Of a stretch of 6,441 nucleotides of DNA, positions 1-6,441 are shown piece after piece. How positions within the stretch are numbered: position 1 is the stretch's first letter; each line of letters starts with the position of its first letter. Under the pieces are notes generated by a model. It did no database searches, was not told the origin of the DNA, and was given only the letters and a program-made list of their open reading frames with translations. Origin of the DNA: a virus (Duplodnaviria; Heunggongvirae; Uroviricota; Caudoviricetes); the IMG/VR virus record IMGVR_UViG_2690316278_000002; one strand, written 5' to 3'. Made by a program: the position numbers and the translations under genes.

Positions 1-592
1 CAGCGTCCTCCGCCGGAAATTGAGCAATAAGCTCACCTGTTCGTTCAGCGAGCTCGCGTGCATCACATGGAATGTCTTCTATGTAAACGGGTATCCCAAT
101 ATGCAGCTACGATGCTGAAGCAGTANNNNNNNNNNNNNNNNNNNNNNNNNNNNNNNNNNNNNNNNNNNNNNNNNNNNNNNNNNNNNNNNNNNNNNNNNNN
201 NNNNNNNNNNNNNNNNNNNNNNNNNNNNNNNNNNNNNNNNNNNNNNNNNNNNNNNNNNNNNNNNNNNNNNNNNNNNNNNNNNNNNNNNNNNNNNNNNNNN
301 NNNNNNNNNNNNNNNNNNNNNNNNNNNNNNNNNNNNNNNNNNNNNNNNNNNNNNNNNNNNNNNNNNNNNNNNNNNNNNNNNNNNNNNNNNNNNNNNNNNN
401 NNNNNNNNNNNNNNNNNNNNNNNNNNNNNNNNNNNNNNNNNNNNNNNNNNNNNNNNNNNNNNNNNNNNNNNNNNNNNNNNNNNNNNNNNNNNNNNNNNNN
501 NNNNNNNNNNNNNNNNNNNNNNNNNNNNNNNNNNNNNNNNNNNNNNNNNNNNNCCTCATCACTCACGACTTGACTTCCAGAAATAACCTTGA

Positions 593-949
593 TTATTCGG
601 GGCTATATTTTGTCACCCTGCGTATCCGCGCTTTCGCATTACGCTCAATCTGGATTAGCTTTTCTATATTTTTTCGCCTTTCCCGCTCCTCCTGGCGCAA
701 GAGCCTTACATCATCTGCCAGTCTGGTTTCTCTTTTCGCCACAGAGAGCATCCAGTCAAATGGCTCCACAACTGCACCGCAAATTTTACAGCGGACCTGA
801 CGCTCTTTTTCGTCAACCCGTACAGAAGCGTGATGGCAATATGGTCTTTCCGATGGCTCATAAAGAAAATTAACCTGATTACGAGGGTTATCCTCTTTTA
901 CCGGAAATAAAACAATATTGCTTAACTCATCTTCTGGTTTTATTTCCAT
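593..949 (-). CDS. Small hypothetical protein with a Cys/His motif (C-HH-x14-C-x2-C) and a basic, coiled-coil-like C-terminus
   Basis: 118-aa ORF from ATG 949-947, immediately preceded by a strong SD, AGGAGAGGAGC. Motif PYCHHASVRVDEKERQVRCKIC. C-terminal region rich in R/E/K (RLLRQEERERRKNIEKLIQIERNAKARIRR). No family recognised. Confidence 0.5.
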   Translation of the reverse strand: MEIKPEDELSNIVLFPVKEDNPRNQVNFLYEPSERPYCHHASVRVDEKERQVRCKICGAVVEPFDWMLSVAKRETRLADDVRLLRQEERERRKNIEKLIQIERNAKARIRRVTKYSPE

Positions 950-1220
950 GCTCCTCTCCTTTGATGCGAATGCCAGCGGTAATTGAAGCCTGATAGCTAA
1001 TTTCANNNNNNNNNNNNNNNNNNNNNNNNNNNNNNNNNNNNNNNNNNNNNNNNNNNNNNNNNNNNNNNNNNNNNNNNNNNNNNNNNNNNNNNNNNNNNNN
1101 NNNNNNNNNNNNNNNNNNNNNNNNNNNNNNNNNNNNNNNNNNNNNNNNNNNNNNNNNNNNNNNNNNNNNNNNNNNNNNNNNNNNNNNNNNNNNNNNNNNN
1201 NNNNNNNNNNNNNNNNNNNN

Positions 1221-1468
1221 GCCCTTGAGAGTTTTTTGCGGGCGTTTTGCCAGTCCTTACGAGCCTGTTCAGACGGGAATAACCCGTAGCCAGAGTTGTA
1301 TACATCCCCACTGGCAACCAGCTCTCTGGCGAGAACGCTTATTAAATATCTTGTCGCCCCGGTTTTAGCTTCCAGTTGTCGTAACGTCTCGCGCCCACTC
1401 TGGCGTACGAGTTCAACAACCTGCCCCTTAATTTTTTCCCGCTCTTCCTGTGTAAATACTTTTGCCAT
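1221..1468 (-). CDS. Hypothetical winged-helix-like protein (partial; 3' end hidden in N-mask 1006-1220)
   Basis: ATG at 1468-1466, 15 nt downstream of the previous stop. Visible 82 aa: MAKVFTQEEREKIKGQVVELVRQSGRETLRQLEAKTGATRYLISVLARELVASGDV..., with an HTH-like segment. The same frame continues through the mask into the next gene, so a single longer ORF (593-1468) cannot be excluded. Confidence 0.45.
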
Positions 1469-1483
1469 AAGCGCCCCCGGCAA

Positions 1484-2209
1484 TCACTTTTCCGACACAA
1501 TACGACCGGAGGAATCGACAATCTGTCGAACAATATCCCGGTGCTTGTTCAGCTCCCGCAACGCGGCGCAGACACGCTCCCACTTCTGGACATGACTTTT
1601 CGCCCGACGCAGTTCGCGGTTTGCCATATGCAGCGATGGTAAAACCAGGTCATCCGCTTGCGTTTCGGTGAACGATGGCAACGACTGCACAATGTCCGCC
1701 ACAGTTTCTGTTTTAATTTCTTCCTGTGTTGCAGCTTCCTGTACCGGTAACGCAACACCTGCTGGCTGAGGAAAGACTTTACCATCCGTTTCCGCTATGG
1801 ATGCGGCTTTCGGCTCTGCCGGTAAATCAGCGCCCGGTATGCAGTACCGAAATTTACCGCCCTGATTCACGCGAATCAGACGCCCTTTGCTGATTGCCAT
1901 GGCCAGCGATGAATTCGCCCGGCGGGAGGTAATCCCGAACATCAGTGCCAGCTCATCCGCCGTTTGTGGGCCATGTTGTTCAATCGCCTCAGTCAGCATT
2001 TGCGCTGTCACTTTCGGTACCGGTGACACTGGTTCACTTTCACCAGCCTGAATCAGCCACCACATCGAACCCTTGTTATCCGCTTCACCACGGCGCTTCA
2101 GTTTCCACAGTTCGTTGACCGCATCTTCACGGCTGATTCCAAGGCGGGACGCCACCACATGTGAAGAGGCTCTTTTCAGTGCTTTCAGTGCGTCAAATAC
2201 AGTTTCCAT
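1484..2209 (-). CDS. Hypothetical phage protein with two winged-helix-like N-terminal repeats, an acidic linker and a helical basic C-terminus
   Basis: 241-aa ORF from ATG 2209-2207 with a strong SD, GGAGGA, 8 nt upstream (the track start at 2227 is TTG). The stop of the DnaC-like gene lies 21 bp upstream. Two HTH-like segments: [25 protein letters not shown] and [31 protein letters not shown]. Function not recognisable from sequence. Confidence 0.6.
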   Translation of the reverse strand: METVFDALKALKRASSHVVASRLGISREDAVNELWKLKRRGEADNKGSMWWLIQAGESEPVSPVPKVTAQMLTEAIEQHGPQTADELALMFGITSRRANSSLAMAISKGRLIRVNQGGKFRYCIPGADLPAEPKAASIAETDGKVFPQPAGVALPVQEAATQEEIKTETVADIVQSLPSFTETQADDLVLPSLHMANRELRRAKSHVQKWERVCAALRELNKHRDIVRQIVDSSGRIVSEK

Positions 2210-2230
2210 TAAAACATCCTCCAACAAAAA

Positions 2231-3092
2231 TTACTTCACAACTCCCGGAAAGCTGACATTTGAACGCCAGCTATCCCAGTTAAACGTCACCCACCGACAA
2301 CCGTTCATGGTCATGCGGTCCATAATCCTCTCACCAAGAAGCGTGCTCATTGCGGCATGATTCAGGTTTGTTAACANNNNNNNNNNNNNNNNNNNNNNNN
2401 NNNNNNNNNNNNNNNNNNNNNNNNNNNNNNNNNNNNNNNNNNNNNNNNNNNNNNNNNNNNNNNNNNNNNNNNNNNNNNNNNNNNNNNNNNNNNNNNNNNN
2501 NNNNNNNNNNNNNNNNNNNNNNNNNNNNNNNNNNNNNNNNNNNNNNNNNNNNNNNNNNNNNNNNNNNNNNNNNNNNNNNNNNNNNNNNNNNNNNNNNNNN
2601 NNNNNNNNNNNNNNNNNNNNNNNNNNNNNNNNNNNNNNNNNNNNNNNNNNNNNNNNNNNNNNNNNNNNNNNNNNNNNNNNNNNNNNNNNNNNNNNNNNNN
2701 NNNNNNNNNNNNNNNNNNNNNNNNNNNNNNNNNNNNNNNNNNNNNNNNNNNNNNNNNNNNNNNNNNNNNNNNNNNNNNNNNNNNNNNNNNNNNNNNNNNN
2801 NNNNNNNNNNNNNNNNNNNNNNNNNNNNNNNNNNCGCGTATTTTTGCCCGTCGTTCTGCACCTGATAATTCGCAAACGAGCATTTGCTGTGCAGAGGCTG
2901 GATGCCCGAACGATTCAGGATTTTTTCCACCCGCAACTGGCGATTCTGGCGGTTAATCTCCTCGCTGCGTTTTCGTCCTTCAGCAAGTTGCCATTCCCGC
3001 CACTCCTCCACCGTCCGGTACGGTGGAACCGCCCCCTGTGGTGCAAGTCTGTGAATACGTTCAAGAACCCCGGCTGCCGCAATGTTTTTCAT
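2231..3092 (-). CDS. DnaC-like replicative helicase loader (prophage paralog, YdaV-position); central ATPase region masked; apparent frame discontinuity across the mask
   Basis: N-terminus (3092 down to 2835) MKNIAAAGVLERIHRL...NRSGIQPLHSKCSFANYQVQNDGQKYA matches E. coli DnaC (...NRSGIRPLHQNCSFENYRVECEGQMNA) as I recall it. C-terminus (2376 down to 2231) LTNLNHAAMSTLLGERIMDRMTMNGCRWVTFNWDSWRSNVS matches the DnaC C-terminus (LTNSNMEEMTKLLGERVMDRM...WVIFNWDSYRSRV). The two visible parts are in different reading frames (span 862 nt = 3n+1). The start ATG is 6 bp downstream of the initiator's stop. Confidence 0.75.
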
Positions 3093-3098
3093 GCCACA

Positions 3099-4163
3099 TC
3101 ACCCCCTGAATCCCGGCGGAATTTCGGTATCCGGTTCAGAAATATGATTCACACAACGCTGGTTGTTCGTGCCGCTTACCGGGAGCAACCAGGGGTTTTC
3201 AAAATTCCGGTCCGGCCCAAAAAACGTCGTCGCTCGCTGAACAAATTCCGTTCCCGCTTTCCCGGTCGCCGCCAGGTATCTCGCGTAACGCCTCACACCA
3301 TCCAGCATGGTCTCTGGTGGCACCCCCTCGCGCAATCTGGCCTTCCAGGCACTGAATGCGGATTTCTTCGGGTTTGCCCCGGCACGCAACGGGTATTCCC
3401 GCCAGACCTGTTCGAACACATCCGGATAATCCACTCGTCCCACAGGCTGCCCGGTGTTTTCCGGGGCTACCCGATCGGCTTCCCGCTGAATGGCGGAATC
3501 GGCTTCAGGCTGCTGCAGTTGGAGTGATTGCTCCGGCCTTGCGGTCATCACCTGCTGCACAGCGCCCGAATCGGCTTTCAGCGCATACGCTGAATCGGCT
3601 TCCGGTGTCGAGCCTGCTGGCTGACCAGGATTGACGGTCTGAACATCCCCTGCCTGGTTCGTGGCGTTTTTTACGCCATGGACCATAGTGTTTTGATCTT
3701 CTTTATCTGTATCTTTATCTGTATCTGTCGTGACTCGTCGTGACATGTGCGTGACATTTCGTGACGCGCCGTGACAATCGCCATTTTGTTCCCGCTTTCT
3801 TTCCCTCTCTCGCTGCGCCCTCTTGCGCTCTGCAGGAGATTTTGCGGTTTGCGAAATATTGCCGTTGTCCTCTTTAAGCACCTGGCGTTTTTCCCATCCA
3901 GTGATTAAATCACCATCAAGTACCCGCCCCTGCATCGTCTGCAAAATTGAATCAATTACCTCTTCTGTCACGTCGAGCGCACTTGCCAAATCTTCTGTCG
4001 TGACATCAATGTGACCTCGCGTGACATTTCGTGACGCGCTCACCAGGAGGTGGATATACACTGCCATCACTGTTGCAATTGGCTGCCCTGACACCCTGGC
4101 AATTGTTCGCCACTTAGGGTCATTTGGCATGTCATGCCATAATCTGAGCCAGGCGTTAGCCAT
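3099..4163 (-). CDS. Phage replication initiation protein with DnaT-like C-terminal tail (YdaU-position), containing intragenic iteron-like repeats
   Basis: 354-aa ORF from ATG 4163-4161 with SD-like GAGGTGAGT immediately upstream (the track's first codon at 4169 is GTG). The C-terminus ...NHISEPDTEIPPGFRG resembles the C-terminal tail of E. coli primosomal protein DnaT (...VSEPDSQIPPGFRG, as I recall it). It sits immediately upstream of a DnaC-like gene, as in the chromosomal dnaT-dnaC operon. The protein carries an internal repeat SRNVT...VTT(E/D)D encoded by the GTGAC arrays. Confidence 0.7.
   Translation of the reverse strand: MANAWLRLWHDMPNDPKWRTIARVSGQPIATVMAVYIHLLVSASRNVTRGHIDVTTEDLASALDVTEEVIDSILQTMQGRVLDGDLITGWEKRQVLKEDNGNISQTAKSPAERKRAQRERERKREQNGDCHGASRNVTHMSRRVTTDTDKDTDKEDQNTMVHGVKNATNQAGDVQTVNPGQPAGSTPEADSAYALKADSGAVQQVMTARPEQSLQLQQPEADSAIQREADRVAPENTGQPVGRVDYPDVFEQVWREYPLRAGANPKKSAFSAWKARLREGVPPETMLDGVRRYARYLAATGKAGTEFVQRATTFFGPDRNFENPWLLPVSGTNNQRCVNHISEPDTEIPPGFRG
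3701..3724. repeat. Exact tandem duplication of the 12-mer CTTTATCTGTAT within a T-rich tract next to array A
   Basis: CTTTATCTGTAT at 3701-3712 and again at 3713-3724, followed by a partial CTGT. On the minus strand it encodes the low-complexity peptide DTDKDTDKED. Confidence 0.6.
3730..3775. repeat. Iteron-like array A: five direct GTGAC motifs phased at 10-11 bp
   Basis: GTGAC at 3730, 3740, 3751, 3761 and 3771 (spacings 10, 11, 10, 10). Contains the 19-mer GTGACATTTCGTGACGCGC (3751-3769), which recurs exactly at 4021-4039. Confidence 0.55.
3967..4039. repeat. Iteron-like array B: four direct GTGAC motifs phased at 10-11 bp plus one inverted copy
   Basis: GTGAC at 4000, 4011, 4021 and 4031. 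An inverted GTCAC lies at 3967-3971. TCTTCTGTC is repeated at 3961 and 3991. The 19-mer at 4021-4039 is identical to 3751-3769. Confidence 0.55.
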
Positions 4164-4234
4164 ACTCACCTCTTCTGATACCGAATCTTTTTACTCACGA
4201 GTTGCCGGGAGCGATTCGATATGGCTATTGTCAG

Positions 4235-4660
4235 TCAATGTACTGCCACAGCATTTCCTGCCGGGCCACCACGGTTCATCTGATTGAAACCGGCGATTGC
4301 CACTGCGACAAAATCATCAGCGTCTCTCACCAGTCGTTCATGCGTCTCCACCAGTTCCCGAAAATAAGCTGAACTGTGGCTGCGCATTCGAGCCACCAGC
4401 GGAGGTGGCATTGCCCTTTCGATCGCAGGTAACAACGCCTGAATTTTTTCAACAGCGTCAGGGGTGTCTTTATCCAGCCAACGGAAAATCTTTTGGGTGT
4501 TGAGATAAAGCGTGTTGTGCTTGCTGTCGTTATGCAGAACCGGAAACGTCATTCCCAGTTCGAAATAAACCCTGGTTATTTCAGCTGCCGGAACTTTTTC
4601 ACCGTCCGGATGCGCCCAGGCTTTCATCGCCATGCGGATGTGTTCATGCTTGATTTTCAT
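4235..4660 (-). CDS. ydaT: YdaT-family protein (putative toxin / cII-position regulator of Rac-like prophages)
   Basis: 141-aa ORF starting MKIKHEHI..., matching my recollection of the N-terminus of E. coli Rac YdaT. Its ATG (4660-4658) overlaps the stop of the upstream Cro-like gene (4659-4657) in an ATGA arrangement. G-rich SD-like GGCGGGGG lies upstream. Confidence 0.7.
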   Translation of the reverse strand: MKIKHEHIRMAMKAWAHPDGEKVPAAEITRVYFELGMTFPVLHNDSKHNTLYLNTQKIFRWLDKDTPDAVEKIQALLPAIERAMPPPLVARMRSHSSAYFRELVETHERLVRDADDFVAVAIAGFNQMNRGGPAGNAVAVH

Positions 4661-4920
4661 GAATCAACCCCCGCCGATGGTTGTGTGTTAGCCTGAAACT
4701 CAGCAGGCAAGCCGTCAGTTGGGTTGGGGTAGGTTTTACTGTCAATCTCATGTGGGGTCACCACCCATCCCGTTGCTTCACACCAACGTAATATTTTTTC
4801 TCCTGTAAGTTTTGCACGCCCCGTTATAACGTGGCTGACCATCCCTTGGGATGCGCCAACAATCTCAGCAAATGAACTCTGGGTTATATGAAAATGATGC
4901 AAATATTCTCCAAGATTCAT
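4657..4920 (-). CDS. Cro-like HTH DNA-binding protein (first gene of the early operon; YdaS-position)
   Basis: 87-aa ORF from the first ATG (MNLGEYLHHFHITQSSFAEIVGASQGMVSHVITGRAKLTGEKILRWCEATGWVVTPHEI...). Helix-turn-helix-like segment QSSFAEIVGASQGMVSHVI. Divergent from the cI-like gene. Weak SD-like AGGG about 7 nt upstream. The track ORF starts at TTG 4947; I prefer ATG 4920. Confidence 0.7.
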   Translation of the reverse strand: MNLGEYLHHFHITQSSFAEIVGASQGMVSHVITGRAKLTGEKILRWCEATGWVVTPHEIDSKTYPNPTDGLPAEFQANTQPSAGVDS

Positions 4921-5031
4921 AATCCGCCCTATGTGATGTGTTACCAATGCATAATTAATAGCACTGTTATTTTTAAAAGTAAATAGTGATGCTATTTCAA
5001 AGTGATTAGCAATCTTATTAGAATTGGATGT
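4921..5031. promoter_or_regulatory. Divergent promoter/operator region between the cI-like and Cro-like genes
   Basis: 111-bp AT-rich intergenic spacer between divergent starts (4920 minus, 5032 plus). Two 15-bp operator-like sites: AATAGCACTGTTATT (4957-4971) and the near-perfect palindrome AATAGTGATGCTATT (4982-4996), centres 25 bp apart. Candidate + strand promoter: -35 TTCAAA (4996-5001), 17-bp spacer, -10 TAGAAT (5019-5024), which puts the transcript start at or next to the ATG at 5032 (leaderless, as for lambda PRM). Candidate minus-strand promoter: -35 TTTACT (complement of 4978-4983), 17-bp spacer, -10 TATTAA (complement of 4955-4960). Promoter hexamers were assigned by eye. Confidence 0.5.
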
Positions 5032-5459
5032 ATGAAAAGAAAATCATTGTCAGACACCGACCTCAACGCCGCCAGAAGACTGAAAGAAATCTGGATGGCA
5101 AAGAAATCTCAGTTGGGATTGACTCAGGAACGTGCGGCGGAAATTATGGGGTTTTCAACACAAGGGGCGGTAAGTCACTACCTAAATGGTCAAACCCCAC
5201 TAAACCTTGAGGCTGTTCTAAAGTTTGCTGGCTTACTGAAAGTTCCCCCTGAGTCAATCAGGCCAGACATGGTAGATTTGCTGCAAATTGCAAGGATGTA
5301 TTGTCGAGAACCACAGCAAGATAACATAGTCGCATTACCAGCAGACACAGAACAAACAGAGGATGAACTACCGTTTGCCGTAGAGCCGATGGAACGAGAT
5401 TTAATCCATACGTTCAGAGCTTTTCCGAAAGAAGATCAAGAACACATGCTTCAGGAGAT
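5032..5459 (+). CDS. cI: Lambda cI-like phage repressor, N-terminal HTH domain plus linker (partial; 3' end hidden in N-mask 5460-6407)
   Basis: Translation from ATG 5032 (MKRKSLSDTDLNAARRLKEIWMAKKSQLGLTQERAAEIMGFSTQGAVSHYLNGQ...LKFAGLLKVPPESIRP) lines up with my recollection of the lambda CI N-terminus ([47 protein letters not shown]...LLAKILKVSVEEFSP). It is divergent from a Cro-like gene. The 469-aa ORF in the track is an artefact of reading through the N-run; the true stop is not visible. The GTG at 5002 is an alternative start but 5032 is the first ATG. Confidence 0.8.
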
Positions 5460-6441
5460 NNNNNNNNNNNNNNNNNNNNNNNNNNNNNNNNNNNNNNNNN
5501 NNNNNNNNNNNNNNNNNNNNNNNNNNNNNNNNNNNNNNNNNNNNNNNNNNNNNNNNNNNNNNNNNNNNNNNNNNNNNNNNNNNNNNNNNNNNNNNNNNNN
5601 NNNNNNNNNNNNNNNNNNNNNNNNNNNNNNNNNNNNNNNNNNNNNNNNNNNNNNNNNNNNNNNNNNNNNNNNNNNNNNNNNNNNNNNNNNNNNNNNNNNN
5701 NNNNNNNNNNNNNNNNNNNNNNNNNNNNNNNNNNNNNNNNNNNNNNNNNNNNNNNNNNNNNNNNNNNNNNNNNNNNNNNNNNNNNNNNNNNNNNNNNNNN
5801 NNNNNNNNNNNNNNNNNNNNNNNNNNNNNNNNNNNNNNNNNNNNNNNNNNNNNNNNNNNNNNNNNNNNNNNNNNNNNNNNNNNNNNNNNNNNNNNNNNNN
5901 NNNNNNNNNNNNNNNNNNNNNNNNNNNNNNNNNNNNNNNNNNNNNNNNNNNNNNNNNNNNNNNNNNNNNNNNNNNNNNNNNNNNNNNNNNNNNNNNNNNN
6001 NNNNNNNNNNNNNNNNNNNNNNNNNNNNNNNNNNNNNNNNNNNNNNNNNNNNNNNNNNNNNNNNNNNNNNNNNNNNNNNNNNNNNNNNNNNNNNNNNNNN
6101 NNNNNNNNNNNNNNNNNNNNNNNNNNNNNNNNNNNNNNNNNNNNNNNNNNNNNNNNNNNNNNNNNNNNNNNNNNNNNNNNNNNNNNNNNNNNNNNNNNNN
6201 NNNNNNNNNNNNNNNNNNNNNNNNNNNNNNNNNNNNNNNNNNNNNNNNNNNNNNNNNNNNNNNNNNNNNNNNNNNNNNNNNNNNNNNNNNNNNNNNNNNN
6301 NNNNNNNNNNNNNNNNNNNNNNNNNNNNNNNNNNNNNNNNNNNNNNNNNNNNNNNNNNNNNNNNNNNNNNNNNNNNNNNNNNNNNNNNNNNNNNNNNNNN
6401 NNNNNNNATGACGGCAGGGTTCAATCTTTAACTATGCAGCA

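Noticed and set aside
58-573. ORFs running through the first N-mask (58-573 +, 63-566 -, 107-559 -)
   Set aside because: Almost entirely masked sequence. A minus-strand gene probably continues the operon here (possible ATG at 559-557), but frame and product cannot be supported.
570-873. + strand ORFs 570-800 and 589-873
   Set aside because: Antisense to the 593-949 gene, which has a strong RBS; mutually overlapping; likely spurious.
1342-1785. Small minus-strand ORFs 1342-1533 and 1549-1785
   Set aside because: Alternative frames overlapping the better-supported 1221-1468 and 1484-2209 CDSs; no RBS.
2844-3527. 227-aa + strand ORF (and a 92-aa ORF at 3356-3634)
   Set aside because: They lie antisense to the well-supported DnaC-like and initiator CDSs, have no recognisable motifs, and have an Arg/Pro-rich composition typical of the reverse frame of a real gene.
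3662-3678. Hairpin TGGCGT-TTTTT-ACGCCA
   Set aside because: A 6-bp stem inside the initiator coding region with no downstream U-tract; not a credible intrinsic terminator.
3730-4039. Possibility that the GTGAC repeat arrays are a CRISPR array
   Set aside because: The repeats are 5 bp cores at 10-bp spacing inside a CDS, not 25-40 bp repeats with unique spacers.
4182-4218. Inverted repeat CGAATC/GATTCG in the YdaT-initiator intergenic spacer
   Set aside because: Only 6 bp with a 25-nt loop; too weak to call a terminator or operator. I also found no convincing antisense (oop-like) promoter there.
3823-4287. + strand ORFs 3823-4014 and 4021-4287
   Set aside because: Antisense to the initiator gene and its upstream region; serine-rich translation driven by the GTGAC repeats; no start or SD context.
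5028-5210. 60-aa + ORF starting at ATG 5028
   Set aside because: It is the +1 frame overlapping the cI-like HTH coding region; the cI-like frame has clear homology.
5414-6424. 336-aa minus-strand ORF and the 469-aa extension of the cI-like ORF
   Set aside because: Both are artefacts of translating through the 948-nt N-run, which has no stops. Only 5032-5459 of the cI-like gene is supported.

Overview
This window reads as the early immunity and replication region of a lambdoid (Rac-like) prophage of an Enterobacteriaceae host, laid out in reverse orientation. About 32% of it is N-masked (126-553, 1006-1220, 2377-2834, 5460-6407), so several gene ends are hidden. On the + strand there is a lambda cI-like repressor (5032 onward, 3' end masked). 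Divergent from it across a 111-bp operator/promoter region, a minus-strand operon encodes: a Cro-like HTH protein; a YdaT-family protein (ATGA start/stop overlap with the Cro-like gene); a replication initiator with a DnaT-like C-terminal tail and two intragenic arrays of 10-bp-phased GTGAC repeats (candidate iteron origin); a DnaC-like helicase loader; and three small uncharacterised proteins (a tandem winged-helix protein, a second winged-helix protein, and a Cys/His-motif protein with a basic tail). All protein identities rest on my recollection of family sequences and motifs read from the ORF translations; no database search was run. I could not identify a clearly novel system with confidence; the best candidates for follow-up are the intragenic iteron origin, the Cro-like/YdaT coupled pair, and the uncharacterised gene trio at 593-2209.
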